A model generated the notes under the pieces. The model was not told the origin of the DNA and made no database searches. It was given only the letters and a program-made list of their open reading frames with translations. A stretch of 64,000 bases of DNA from Spirochaetaceae bacterium. GTDB lineage: Bacteria > Spirochaetota > Spirochaetia > B11-G9. This document shows, one piece after another, positions 55,320 through 64,000 of this stretch. The translations under genes and the position numbers were made by a program. The stretch is from NCBI GenBank assembly GCA_030638735.1, contig DAOWEB010000162.1, positions 1,416-65,415 of the forward strand. The letters are read 5' to 3'. The stretch's first letter is position 1. Each line of letters begins with the position of its first letter.

Positions 55320-56237
55320 TTATATTGTTTCAATCTTAATTTTATCAGGGCAATCTTTCCAGGGACATTTCTTACATAAATCATACATAGGGTTAGTAGG
55401 CCAATCTTCTGTTTCAGCAATATCAAGGATACTGATAGTTTTACGGATACTTTCATCAAGTTCTGCTTTTTTAGTAGCATCCCATTTTACCTGAATGAAT
55501 TTATCTTCAAGGACTTGTCCTTTATAATTGAATATCCATAGTAAGAAGCGTATCCTGTTGTTATCAATAAGATTTTTTATGGAATCAGTTATAATAGCAT
55601 TAATCTGAGGATTTAATTCATGATCCAGATTACGAACGATGTAATGGTACATTTTTGCTTGAATAAGATCCAGATACTCGGGTTTACCGTAGCAAAATTC
55701 ACCATAATCGTTATGTATATCAGCAGTAAGTTTCAGATCTATTATTGCAGCTTCCAATTCATCATCAAGGAGTACAGTAGTAGGAAAGACATCAAATTCA
55801 CCTTTAAGAAGTACATTTTTATCTTTTTCCCAATAAGCATATGCAGTTACCTGAACATTTTCATTAGTAATTATGATTTGCTTATTTTTAACTAAAGCTT
55901 TAAATCTTTCTACCTGATCATCAGTACGAATATGATCAAGATATCTTTCTCCTTCTAATAATGGACGACCTTCATCTTTACGTACAGCATTTTCCTGTTC
56001 CATTTTTATAGTAAGTTTCTTTCGGGGTAAATCTTTTTGTTTATCCCCTTTAGCACTTTTACCTAAAGCCTGAGTTTCAAAATACTTTCCATAAAGCATT
56101 GGTCTGGAAGTTTCTTCTTTTATTAGTTTGGTAATTGTTGTAAGATATACTCTTCTCATACATGTATCTCGTTCCTCACCATTATGTAAAAGTTTTTTGA
56201 TAATAGATTGACTGATAGGGAATTTTATATAATCCAT
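55320..56237 (-). CDS. Cas4/RecB-like PD-(D/E)xK exonuclease with probable Fe-S cysteines
   Basis: GEFDVFP (D), AAIIDLKLT (D-x-K) and IQAKMYHYIV (QxxxY), with an N-terminal Cys (DTCMRR) plus C-terminal CKKCPWKDC. Confidence 0.7.
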   Translation of the reverse strand: MDYIKFPISQSIIKKLLHNGEERDTCMRRVYLTTITKLIKEETSRPMLYGKYFETQALGKSAKGDKQKDLPRKKLTIKMEQENAVRKDEGRPLLEGERYLDHIRTDDQVERFKALVKNKQIIITNENVQVTAYAYWEKDKNVLLKGEFDVFPTTVLLDDELEAAIIDLKLTADIHNDYGEFCYGKPEYLDLIQAKMYHYIVRNLDHELNPQINAIITDSIKNLIDNNRIRFLLWIFNYKGQVLEDKFIQVKWDATKKAELDESIRKTISILDIAETEDWPTNPMYDLCKKCPWKDCPDKIKIETI

Positions 56238-56821
56238 TATCCTTTCATCTTTTCAAAAACATATTCATACTCTTTGTCCACGTATTCCAATACTTTATCA
56301 GAAGAATTGATTCCTAATGATTTGAATTTAACCAGGATCATAGTCACATCTTTTAATCTTGCCTGAAGTGATATATTGGCTTGTGTATCATTATTGCTTT
56401 TGGTTTTAATGTAGTTATAGAATTTATCAGCTACATCAAATACATTTTTTAAATCCGGTTTTGCTTTATCAGCAAGATCAAGATTATAAATTGCATTTAT
56501 AGCACAATCAAGACATACATTTGCAAGTATGCTTCTTTGTACTTCAGGGGATTTTTTACCACCACCACCACCAGTATAAGTTTCTTTAACTAAATCAATT
56601 TTAACAAAAGGACCTCTGGCATTAGATGTATCTTCATAAGAATAAAGTACTTCTGTACCAATAACAAATTTTGTTTGTTCTCTTTTTGTGGTTGAGAATT
56701 CTCCTGCTATACCATCTTCAAATTGAATATTGAAGTAAAATATTGTTCCCTTGGGACCATCCCAGGAGCGTCCAAAAGTAATTTCTCTAGGCTTACTTCG
56801 TGCCTGTTTTTCGTTTGCCAT
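56237..56821 (-). CDS. possible single-stranded DNA-binding protein
   Basis: 194 aa. Sits between the ATPase and the nuclease, as in the ATPase-SSB-nuclease cluster described for crAss-like phages. Beta-rich N-terminal half, a GGGGG linker and a helical C-terminal half. No canonical OB motif recognised. Confidence 0.3.
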   Translation of the reverse strand: MANEKQARSKPREITFGRSWDGPKGTIFYFNIQFEDGIAGEFSTTKREQTKFVIGTEVLYSYEDTSNARGPFVKIDLVKETYTGGGGGKKSPEVQRSILANVCLDCAINAIYNLDLADKAKPDLKNVFDVADKFYNYIKTKSNNDTQANISLQARLKDVTMILVKFKSLGINSSDKVLEYVDKEYEYVFEKMKG

Positions 56822-56827
56822 AATAAT

Positions 56828-58366
56828 TTAAAATAAAGGTTTTAATTCAGAATCTTCCCCGGAAGGTTTATCTTTTTTATCATCCTGACCGGGTTCTTCA
56901 GTATCTTGCTCATTGGCAAGTTTTGAGGGAATATTACTAAGATCTTTTTTTAATACTTGTCCTTTTTCCATTGGATTTATTAAAGGATCATTAGATGTAT
57001 ATTCATTAATAGTATTAGATTTCTTTTTTCCTTTTTGAACTACTTTATCAACTTTCTTTTTTAAGTCTTCAAGAGCTATACTTTCATAACCGGTTACAAC
57101 CATTTCAGATCCATCTCTTATCACTTCATCAACAAACATTACTTTGTTGTTTTTAATAGCAATATCATTGAGTATTTCCAGTTTTTCATGATCCAGTATA
57201 CTTGCATCACCAATAATTTGTACGGGTCCCGGGTTTATTTTGGCCAGGATATTAGCCAGAATAATAACAGCATCAGATTCACATACCTGATTTTCTTTAA
57301 ATACAAAGCCATCTATTACCAGATAATCATCTTCAAATGCTATATTTTCAACTGGTAGATCACTATTAGTTACAATTTTCTGTTTTGCGGTTCTGATTTT
57401 ATTAATCTTTTCATCTAAGTTTTCACTTATTTCAGTATGACTAATAATATCATTACCAAATTTCTCTTTTGCTTCTTTAAGTCCAGAATGTTTTTGAATC
57501 TTTTCAATGATCTTAGTACCATCAGCAATTTTGGTATCTAATTTTTCAATAGTAATCTCACTTAACTTATCAAGTTTAAGATTTGTTTGAGCAAGAGCAG
57601 TCTCTCTTGCTAATTTACGTTCTTTGAGATTTTTTAATTTAGCTTCAAGTTCAATCAGTTCTAAATTAACATTTTGAATATCTAATATATTCGCTAATTT
57701 ATATTTTACTTGATCTCTTGCTTCATTATAAGTCTTAATGAGCTTTTTAGCTTCCTCCTCCCGGTCAAGATATTTTTGAATATCAGGATCTATTATTATA
57801 CTATTGAAATTTATCTGTGCAGTTTCAAGAGATTTATTGGATTCAGTTCTTTCTGAATAATGATGTCCTTCCTGCAAATCCAGATCATTGAATTTATTTC
57901 TATCAATTTCCGGAAGAAGTTTTAAAATGATATCTCTTTGCTTGCGTCTTCCCTCAGCTGAATTGCTGAGAGCAAAAAACTGGTTAACATCAATAGGAGT
58001 ATAATTAAATAGGTTACGAATCTCTGTTACAGATGATATTTTGGTACCATCTTCACGGATAGCTATAAACTTACCTTTCTTGGTATCTGTAAATTCATGT
58101 CTCACTGTGATCATACTACCATCAGAAGCGGGTATAGTGGCTTCATAGTAGCCTTCTGATTCACCTGTTGATACTTTCTTAGGTGTATCATCACTTGCAG
58201 TCTGTAAGCTTGTTAAAGCCTTTAAAAAGGATGTTTTGCCTGTCTTGTTTGGTCCTTGTACAAAATAGATAAATGATCCATTAAGTACAAAACTATTATC
58301 TTTCAATAATTTGTAGTTGTAAAAATGGATAGGAATTTCAATTTCCTGTGCTTTCATTTTTGTCAT
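56828..58366 (-). CDS. AAA/SMC-like (RecF/SbcC-type) ATPase
   Basis: Walker A VQGPNKTGKTSFLKAL near the N-terminus, a long central coiled coil, MFVDEV (Walker B-like) near the C-terminus, and an acidic tail. Confidence 0.7.
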   Translation of the reverse strand: MTKMKAQEIEIPIHFYNYKLLKDNSFVLNGSFIYFVQGPNKTGKTSFLKALTSLQTASDDTPKKVSTGESEGYYEATIPASDGSMITVRHEFTDTKKGKFIAIREDGTKISSVTEIRNLFNYTPIDVNQFFALSNSAEGRRKQRDIILKLLPEIDRNKFNDLDLQEGHHYSERTESNKSLETAQINFNSIIIDPDIQKYLDREEEAKKLIKTYNEARDQVKYKLANILDIQNVNLELIELEAKLKNLKERKLARETALAQTNLKLDKLSEITIEKLDTKIADGTKIIEKIQKHSGLKEAKEKFGNDIISHTEISENLDEKINKIRTAKQKIVTNSDLPVENIAFEDDYLVIDGFVFKENQVCESDAVIILANILAKINPGPVQIIGDASILDHEKLEILNDIAIKNNKVMFVDEVIRDGSEMVVTGYESIALEDLKKKVDKVVQKGKKKSNTINEYTSNDPLINPMEKGQVLKKDLSNIPSKLANEQDTEEPGQDDKKDKPSGEDSELKPLF

Positions 58367-58745
58367 TTTCTTGTTTTTTAATATTTCTATTTATAAAATC
58401 ATTTACATATTCGGGATAAAATTCAGCACCCCAATCAGCTACTTGTTGAGTATCATAATCTATATCTTCTCCTTCTATTTTAGCGATACGGAATTTACGT
58501 TCTCCTTTATCATTTTCAGTACAGGCAATACCGATAGAATCTTTACCAGTAATCCACATTATATCAATTATTTTCATTTTATTTTCATTTTGGACAATTA
58601 CCCCATTTATATTTATGAAATAAATAGTTTCATTGTTCTTTCTAATATTCCAGTCATCCTTACTATTATCTCTTATAGACTGTGCTGTTTTCTCGCTCAT
58701 TGGTAATCTTTTACCATCAAGCATAAAATAATTTTCTGTTTTCAT
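58338..58745 (-). CDS. hypothetical protein
   Basis: 135-aa ATG ORF overlapping the ATPase start by 29 nt. Confidence 0.6.
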   Translation of the reverse strand: MKTENYFMLDGKRLPMSEKTAQSIRDNSKDDWNIRKNNETIYFININGVIVQNENKMKIIDIMWITGKDSIGIACTENDKGERKFRIAKIEGEDIDYDTQQVADWGAEFYPEYVNDFINRNIKKQENDKNESTGN

Positions 58746-58749
58746 TTTA

Positions 58750-60543
58750 TTATATTATTGGTTTATCATCTATTTCAATTATTGGTTCAAAAGTATTATA
58801 ACCAAGATTAGCTTTATATCTGATAATATTATTATCATCTGCATCATCACCATCTCTGTTTTTTGCACTTTCAACAATAAATAGTTCATTAATATGAGAC
58901 ATAAGATTTAAATTATTACCATATAAATAATAAGATCTGCTGTTTTGTTTAGGGCTATAATCTTCAGTCCATTTTTTATTTACTATAAATGAGTAAATAC
59001 ACATTTTCTCAGATTTATATTGAGATAATCTACCACGATTCTTCTCTTCCATATGAATGAAATACTGATTATACTTATTTAGTATATATCCTGCTCGTAT
59101 ATCAGAGCCATCAGATAGTTTATCAATTGTTACAGCATATTTTAAAGCATCCCATGTAGCTTTGAGTAAATCCGGAATATCTTTAGTATTTTTATCCCCT
59201 TCTGGGTTAATAGGCCAGAATTCTTTTTCAAAACGAGAGATATTAAATTTCCCTTCTTTAATTTTAAAACTGAATACTTTTGCTTTATTCCTTTCTTCAG
59301 ATATTAGATCTTTATATCTTCTAGGCAAGTTGATCATTATAGCTTGCTGAACATAATCAAGAATACGTGTAGATCCTTTGATATATTCCTTCCTGGGTCT
59401 ATAACCTTCTTCAAGATTAAATTTTTTAGCACTTTCTTTGGTAATATGATGAAGAAGAATTACTGATATGTTATATATATCTGATATTTCTTTTAATTTA
59501 CCGGCTACATAATCATCTTTATCAATACCTTTTAAAAATGAATCAGTAGTTATAAGACCTAAATTATCTACTATAAGAATGAGTTTGGATGTTTTATATT
59601 TTTCACGTAATAACCTGGTTTTTCTAGTAATAGTACGCATGGAAGAAACATGATCTACAAATTGAATATTATATTCATCAAAATTATCAATGATATATGA
59701 TATTTTATCCAGTTGTTCCTGGGAAAGAGTATAATTTATACTTTGAAGTTGCTTTGTAGTTAGTTTAATTTCCATGGAAATAAATGAACGAATAATTTGT
59801 TCTTTAGTATCTTCCATTGAAAACCATAATACACGTATATCTTTATCTTGATTGATTATTTTCCTGATGATATAGGTAACATATTTTGTTTTACCATGGC
59901 CTTCTGCTCCAGCAATGAGTAGTATTTGTCTTTCCCTAAGTGATATTTTGGAATCTATTTCCGGATCACCGGTTACTATGAATGAACTTATAATACCTTT
60001 GGCTTTATTAGATATATCGATAAGGGTAGTTCGTAAAGCATCTTTAAAAGAAGCTTTTTCATTTCCTTCGATATCAAAATTATCAAGTATTTCATTTTCA
60101 GCCCATTCTGCCACTTCAGAAGGATCTTCTTCATTGTAGGCTTTTTTTGCCATCTCATGACCAATTCGAATTAATTCACGTAGTAAATATTTATCTGTGA
60201 TAACTCTACAATGAAATTCTAGGTGATTGGCATTGGCTACTTTAGCAGTAAGTGATATTAGGTAAGTTGCACCACCTATATCGTCTAATAAATTTGTTAT
60301 TTTTAATTGATCTGTTACGGTTAAGATATCTATTGATCCTCCTTTTTCATATAGAATTTGAATAGCATCCATTATTTTTTGGTTACAATCTTTATAAAAT
60401 ATGTATTTGTTAAAATAATGGGATACTTTGAGATAAGCCGTACTCTCCAGTAAGATAGCACCTAAAATGGCTTCTTCAATTTCTAATGCTTGAGGAGGAA
60501 TCTTACCATAATCGGGGTCTATGGTTCTTCCTTTGTTATTCAT
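58750..60543 (-). CDS. dnaB: DnaB-type replicative helicase with a large C-terminal-domain insertion
   Basis: N-terminal PPQALEIEEAILGAILLES (compare DnaB PPHSIEAEQSVLGGL), Walker A GAEGHGKT and a late AKNRDG motif. About 150 extra residues lie between the H4-like region and AKNRDG. Confidence 0.85.
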   Translation of the reverse strand: MNNKGRTIDPDYGKIPPQALEIEEAILGAILLESTAYLKVSHYFNKYIFYKDCNQKIMDAIQILYEKGGSIDILTVTDQLKITNLLDDIGGATYLISLTAKVANANHLEFHCRVITDKYLLRELIRIGHEMAKKAYNEEDPSEVAEWAENEILDNFDIEGNEKASFKDALRTTLIDISNKAKGIISSFIVTGDPEIDSKISLRERQILLIAGAEGHGKTKYVTYIIRKIINQDKDIRVLWFSMEDTKEQIIRSFISMEIKLTTKQLQSINYTLSQEQLDKISYIIDNFDEYNIQFVDHVSSMRTITRKTRLLREKYKTSKLILIVDNLGLITTDSFLKGIDKDDYVAGKLKEISDIYNISVILLHHITKESAKKFNLEEGYRPRKEYIKGSTRILDYVQQAIMINLPRRYKDLISEERNKAKVFSFKIKEGKFNISRFEKEFWPINPEGDKNTKDIPDLLKATWDALKYAVTIDKLSDGSDIRAGYILNKYNQYFIHMEEKNRGRLSQYKSEKMCIYSFIVNKKWTEDYSPKQNSRSYYLYGNNLNLMSHINELFIVESAKNRDGDDADDNNIIRYKANLGYNTFEPIIEIDDKPII

Positions 60544-60562
60544 ATTAATTTAAGTATAAATT

Positions 60563-60943
60563 TTAAAGTGTAAGTATCATTTGTCGAATTAATATATGAT
60601 CATTTGATTTAAGTATATCCAGGGCATGAAGCATTGTTTGTTTATTTCTTGTTACTATTCTTTTTTTCATAAATTCAGTAAATTCTGTAGTAGTTAATTC
60701 CTGAACTTTATGATTTATCATATAAAGTCGTAATGCTCTTAACCAGATATATGTATGTGATATCTTATTTATTTCACTGATAATTGCTGATTTAATATCT
60801 GAGAAATCTGATTCAAGTGAAATAGACCGGGGAAGAGGATGTTTAACATTTTTTGTTTTGTCTCTGTCTAACCAAGTTCGCACCGGGTTATTATCTTCCT
60901 TATATAGTGAAGGAGGATAGTCTTGTGCTTTAAGTGTATCCAT
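60563..60943 (-). CDS. hypothetical protein (replication-module accessory protein)
   Basis: 126-aa ATG ORF between the DnaA-like gene and the DnaB-like gene. Confidence 0.6.
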   Translation of the reverse strand: MDTLKAQDYPPSLYKEDNNPVRTWLDRDKTKNVKHPLPRSISLESDFSDIKSAIISEINKISHTYIWLRALRLYMINHKVQELTTTEFTEFMKKRIVTRNKQTMLHALDILKSNDHILIRQMILTL

Positions 60944-60982
60944 GTCATTGTATTTATCCGAAATTTATAAAAAATATTGATA

Positions 60983-61432
60983 TTAAGCATCTTCCATGAA
61001 TGAGATAATTAATTTATCCATTTTTAATGTATCCCATATATTTAGATAATCAATCCATAAATTTTGAGTTCTAAATTCTGCATTATTTACTACTTTAATA
61101 CCATGGAACACTGTAGCATGATTTTTATCAAATAATTTACCAATTTTTTTATAGGATAATTTAGGGAATATTTTTCTAGCTATTTTATAATATATCTGTC
61201 GTGCATAAACATATTCTCTATCTCTAAGTTCTTTTTTAGCTAAAAATTTACGCTTATCAAGATTATAATACTTTGTAATTTTTAATATTATTTTATTTCT
61301 GATAATTGCTGGATCAATAGGAATTTTAGAATCGATTAATTGTTTTTCGATACTAGCAATTTCTATTTGTATTGATTCACTCATTGATTGAAATTTTTTC
61401 AATGATGAACATAAATCTTCATTATCTATCAT
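60983..61432 (-). CDS. DnaA C-terminal (domain IV, DnaA-box-binding HTH) domain protein
   Basis: ITKYYNLDKRKFLAKKELRDREYVYARQIYYKIARKIFPKLSYKKIGKLFDKNHATVFHGIKVV aligns with the DnaA domain IV pattern (...YY.i....l.s..R.r....aRQ.amyl.......S...IG..Fg.rdHtTVlHa..ki). The track start is TTG 61456, trimmed here to ATG 61432. Confidence 0.8.
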   Translation of the reverse strand: MIDNEDLCSSLKKFQSMSESIQIEIASIEKQLIDSKIPIDPAIIRNKIILKITKYYNLDKRKFLAKKELRDREYVYARQIYYKIARKIFPKLSYKKIGKLFDKNHATVFHGIKVVNNAEFRTQNLWIDYLNIWDTLKMDKLIISFMEDA

Positions 61433-61691
61433 CGCTTGCAGGTAATGGTAAATCAAGAGCTAATAAATTAAGATGATCTATTGGAACTTGATATTTTTCC
61501 CAGTATTCTATCATTTTACTATTTGGTATATTATCCATATTGGAGCTTTTCCAAAATATCAATTCTTTATCTTCAAGCATAGTATAATCAAATACCTGTA
61601 TAAAATATTCTCCAAGAGGGTAGTCAAATCCATAGGCAACTTCTAATTTTTTACCATTTATTTTTGGAGTTATTGTGTATCTACAATTCAT
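61422..61691 (-). CDS. hypothetical protein
   Basis: 89-aa ATG ORF. Confidence 0.55.
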   Translation of the reverse strand: MNCRYTITPKINGKKLEVAYGFDYPLGEYFIQVFDYTMLEDKELIFWKSSNMDNIPNSKMIEYWEKYQVPIDHLNLLALDLPLPASDDR

Positions 61692-61704
61692 ATTCTATTC
61701 CTCC

Positions 61705-61932
61705 TTAGTTAGTTTTAATAGGTTTCAAATCAAATGCTACTAAATCACCATGTATATCTGATGTTATACCTATGAATCTTTTGCAGTATTTACACTTTTT
61801 ACGAATTATTATTTCATTTTGTTCGTCATATAAATCCTGCCATTCATTGGGAACTTTTTGTTCGCAATAAGGGCAAATAGCATTATTTTCACATACATGA
61901 AGTATTCCATTTTTTATTGGTATTGCTTTCAT
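61705..61932 (-). CDS. zinc-ribbon protein
   Basis: CPYC...CKYCKR pairs in 75 aa. Confidence 0.5.
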   Translation of the reverse strand: MKAIPIKNGILHVCENNAICPYCEQKVPNEWQDLYDEQNEIIIRKKCKYCKRFIGITSDIHGDLVAFDLKPIKTN

Positions 61933-61943
61933 CTCATTTAGTT

Positions 61944-62240
61944 TTATTGATTAGTTTTTAAGTTAAAACTGGTTTCACTATTTGGTCGCATAGGATTGAA
62001 TTGTACGGTATATCCTAAATCTTTCATTTCTTGAATATGCTCAATCTCAACACCAATAAACCCCTCTATTTGATTATGACCACAACAACATCCTGTTGTA
62101 ATTATTTCATCTGCCCAAAGTAAAGTGATTTCATCAAATAGACATCTATCAATACAGATGAAGCTGTTAGACCACCAAGCCAATACCATTACTTGATTAC
62201 CATAGTTTCCTATCTGAGTATGTTTATTGCAGTTGCACAT
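61944..62240 (-). CDS. Cys-rich hypothetical protein
   Basis: 98 aa with CNCN, CIDRC and TTGCCCGH motifs. Confidence 0.55.
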   Translation of the reverse strand: MCNCNKHTQIGNYGNQVMVLAWWSNSFICIDRCLFDEITLLWADEIITTGCCCGHNQIEGFIGVEIEHIQEMKDLGYTVQFNPMRPNSETSFNLKTNQ

Positions 62241-62497
62241 TATGTTTGTTTTAATTTTATCATTACTTCTTCTGTATATAAATATTCAATCCCACTAGAC
62301 CAATAATGATCTGAAATTATATTATTTATTTCTTTAAAAACAGATTCAAGAAAAGCATCTAAGTTTTGATCACAATTATCTGCCTTCTTATTATACAAGG
62401 CCTCTCCTTGATTTCCAACATATATCGTATAACAGTTGTCTTTAGGATGAACGCTTACTTTTGCAGTAGCCATGCAATATACTTTGATTTCTTTCAT
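62240..62497 (-). CDS. hypothetical protein
   Basis: 85-aa ATG ORF. TAATG coupling. Confidence 0.55.
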   Translation of the reverse strand: MKEIKVYCMATAKVSVHPKDNCYTIYVGNQGEALYNKKADNCDQNLDAFLESVFKEINNIISDHYWSSGIEYLYTEEVMIKLKQT

Positions 62498-62498
62498 A

Positions 62499-62885
62499 TC
62501 ACTTTAGTTTTTGTTCAAAATAAAATATTACAGGTTTATCTATTTCATAAATAAGACCATATCTTTTTGCAATCTTATACTGAGTTGAATCTCTATTAAG
62601 AGAAATTATGAAGTTTTGTATTAATAATCGGAATCCTTCCAAAGACAATGAATGTTTATTGATATTGCAGCTTGGACAGGATGGCATTTGATTGTCTATA
62701 TGCAATCTTTCAGGATATTTGCATGTTCCATCGTGTACAAATTTTGTTTTTTCTTTATTGTACTTGAAATTCCTACAAACAGGGAAAAGTTCATCTACGT
62801 GCCATCCTTTTTGTAATTCACATCCACAATATGCACAATGACCATCATATTTGTCATAGACTATTTTTCTGTCTGATTTTTTCAT
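62499..62885 (-). CDS. HNH endonuclease
   Basis: GHCAYCG...WHVDELFP...NQMPSCPSCNINKH (HNH core). The track start is TTG 62906; ATG 62885 forms an ATGA overlap with the upstream stop. Confidence 0.7.
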   Translation of the reverse strand: MKKSDRKIVYDKYDGHCAYCGCELQKGWHVDELFPVCRNFKYNKEKTKFVHDGTCKYPERLHIDNQMPSCPSCNINKHSLSLEGFRLLIQNFIISLNRDSTQYKIAKRYGLIYEIDKPVIFYFEQKLK

Positions 62886-63448
62886 TTTAGTTTTTGTTTT
62901 AGCCAATTAATTGCATCTTGAAAACCACTCTTATATCCAAATCTATAATGTCCGCTATAAAATTCAATTTCGCATTCAAGATGTGTTTTTACTTCCCCAT
63001 CACTCGGCAACTGTATAGGGTTGCATTGTTGAACGTATTGTTCAATAATATCAGTCCTATGAAATTGTTTCCATTTCTTATTAATATCAATATAGATAGA
63101 GATTATTTCTCTATTTGGAGATATGTAAATACATTTTTTATTAGGAAACTCTTCCGCTGTCTGCATTGGTTCATTATACCTTTTATGGATAGATGTATCT
63201 CTACCCAATATACATTCATCCTGCATTGGTTTGCTTTCGGGTTGTTCTATTTCTTCAAGCCAATAGTTAATGTCGCTAGCAAAAGACCACTCCTCTCCGT
63301 CTTTTTCAACAAGCCATTTGCCATTTTGATATATAACTATACCACTCCCATTATCTTTTGTTATAACAAATTTCCATGAATTATCTTCTGAGGGTTTTTC
63401 CTTTGGCAATCTTTTACTTGCCTTAACTGTTCTGTATGTCTTTTCCAT
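62882..63448 (-). CDS. hypothetical protein
   Basis: 188-aa ATG ORF. Confidence 0.65.
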   Translation of the reverse strand: MEKTYRTVKASKRLPKEKPSEDNSWKFVITKDNGSGIVIYQNGKWLVEKDGEEWSFASDINYWLEEIEQPESKPMQDECILGRDTSIHKRYNEPMQTAEEFPNKKCIYISPNREIISIYIDINKKWKQFHRTDIIEQYVQQCNPIQLPSDGEVKTHLECEIEFYSGHYRFGYKSGFQDAINWLKQKLK

Positions 63449-63450
63449 GA

Positions 63451-63663
63451 TTATTCCTCCTCACTATCAATTTTACCAAAAGGTAATAAAATTGCTACTA
63501 TAAATACTCCAAATTCAAGCATCCCTATAATAAAACGTCCAAGTGGACTCCAGCTATCAGGGTTTAGATCCCAGGCTATTAAAGAACCTGTTAAGTATAA
63601 TACTACCATAAGCATTAAGCCTATTGGTATCATTGTTATGGCAAGTTTCTTACTAAATTTCAT
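63451..63663 (-). CDS. small two-pass membrane protein
   Basis: 70 aa with two hydrophobic helices (AITMIPIGLMLMVVLYLTGSLIAW and FIIGMLEFGVFIVAILLPF). Confidence 0.55.
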   Translation of the reverse strand: MKFSKKLAITMIPIGLMLMVVLYLTGSLIAWDLNPDSWSPLGRFIIGMLEFGVFIVAILLPFGKIDSEEE

Positions 63664-63666
63664 AAT

Positions 63667-64000
63667 TTAAGATTTTAAACAATATTCATCAAGAAAAAAA
63701 TCAATTGTATTCCAAGTAATACCTATAGATGCATCATGTTTATCAATCATTCTTTCTAAAGCATATTGGAATTTAGCAGGATCATATTTATTTAAGTATT
63801 TATGAGCTTCATCCATTGTAATTTCATAAAATTCAATATTAGGGTCTTTCATTTGAACATCTTCATTTCCTAATGCTTGAAACAAAAAATCATCAACAGA
63901 CCATTGAACAGATGTTTCTTCAATGATTTTAATTTGATCAATGATATAATCAAGATAAGCATACAGATCATCATTTTTTGGTTCAATTTTATCTCTAAAT
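63667..64000 (-). CDS. hypothetical protein, 5' end beyond the window
   Basis: The track entry starts at TTG 63885, but the same frame stays open with no stop and no ATG up to the window edge at 64000. The gene is therefore probably truncated by the window. Confidence 0.55.
   Translation of the reverse strand, partial: FRDKIEPKNDDLYAYLDYIIDQIKIIEETSVQWSVDDFLFQALGNEDVQMKDPNIEFYEITMDEAHKYLNKYDPAKFQYALERMIDKHDASIGITWNTIDFFLDEYCLKS

Noticed and set aside
60944-60982. TTATCCGAA next to the DnaA-domain gene as a DnaA box or origin
   Set aside because: It matches the TTATCCACA consensus at only 7 of 9 positions, occurs as a single copy, and has no clustered repeats visible by eye. A whole-genome motif scan would be needed before calling an origin.

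Overview
The window reads as about 64 kb of a lytic, AT-rich, tailed-phage genome with no bacterial flanks. It most resembles a crAss-like (Crassvirales-type) podophage of a Bacteroidota host. There are two convergent transcription blocks.

(1) The + strand block (16-45197) is the virion, lysis and ejection module. It holds:
- a possible capsid gene followed by a strong intrinsic terminator;
- a collagen-like Gly-X-Y protein;
- two fibre genes that share an N-terminal domain, one of them 2,072 aa with a C-terminal S74-type intramolecular-chaperone domain;
- a FISUMP-domain protein;
- a GT2+TPR glycosyltransferase and a cupin;
- an M15-peptidase lysis cassette with several membrane proteins;
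- several large structural or ejection proteins;
- a single uninterrupted 5,978-codon ORF.

The giant ORF carries a beta-prime-like DPBB RNA-polymerase signature (RxPxxxxHS...DFDVD), a full SF1-helicase motif set, two HExxH motifs, a RecB/Cas4-like PD-(D/E)xK motif set, and hydrophobic segments at both ends.

(2) The - strand block (45221 to beyond 64000) is the early and replication module. It holds:
- a DnaA-domain-IV-only protein;
- a DnaB-type helicase;
- an ATPase, SSB-like protein, Cas4-like nuclease and DUF932-like protein in a row;
- a phage-type Dam methyltransferase;
- a RusA-like resolvase;
- three HNH endonucleases;
- many small Cys-rich proteins;
- a cassette set off by a terminator that contains an orphan radical-SAM enzyme.

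The blocks meet at a 23-nt gap containing a GC hairpin. No tRNA, rRNA, CRISPR array, integrase or reverse transcriptase was recognised. All long ORFs are intact in the standard code, so there is no sign of stop-codon reassignment here.

All functional calls rest on motifs I can read in the translated ORFs and on recalled family signatures. No database search was run, so they need HMM or structure confirmation. Several ORF-track entries begin at TTG or GTG, and I trimmed those to the nearest in-frame ATG that gives a start/stop overlap or near-abutment with the upstream gene.
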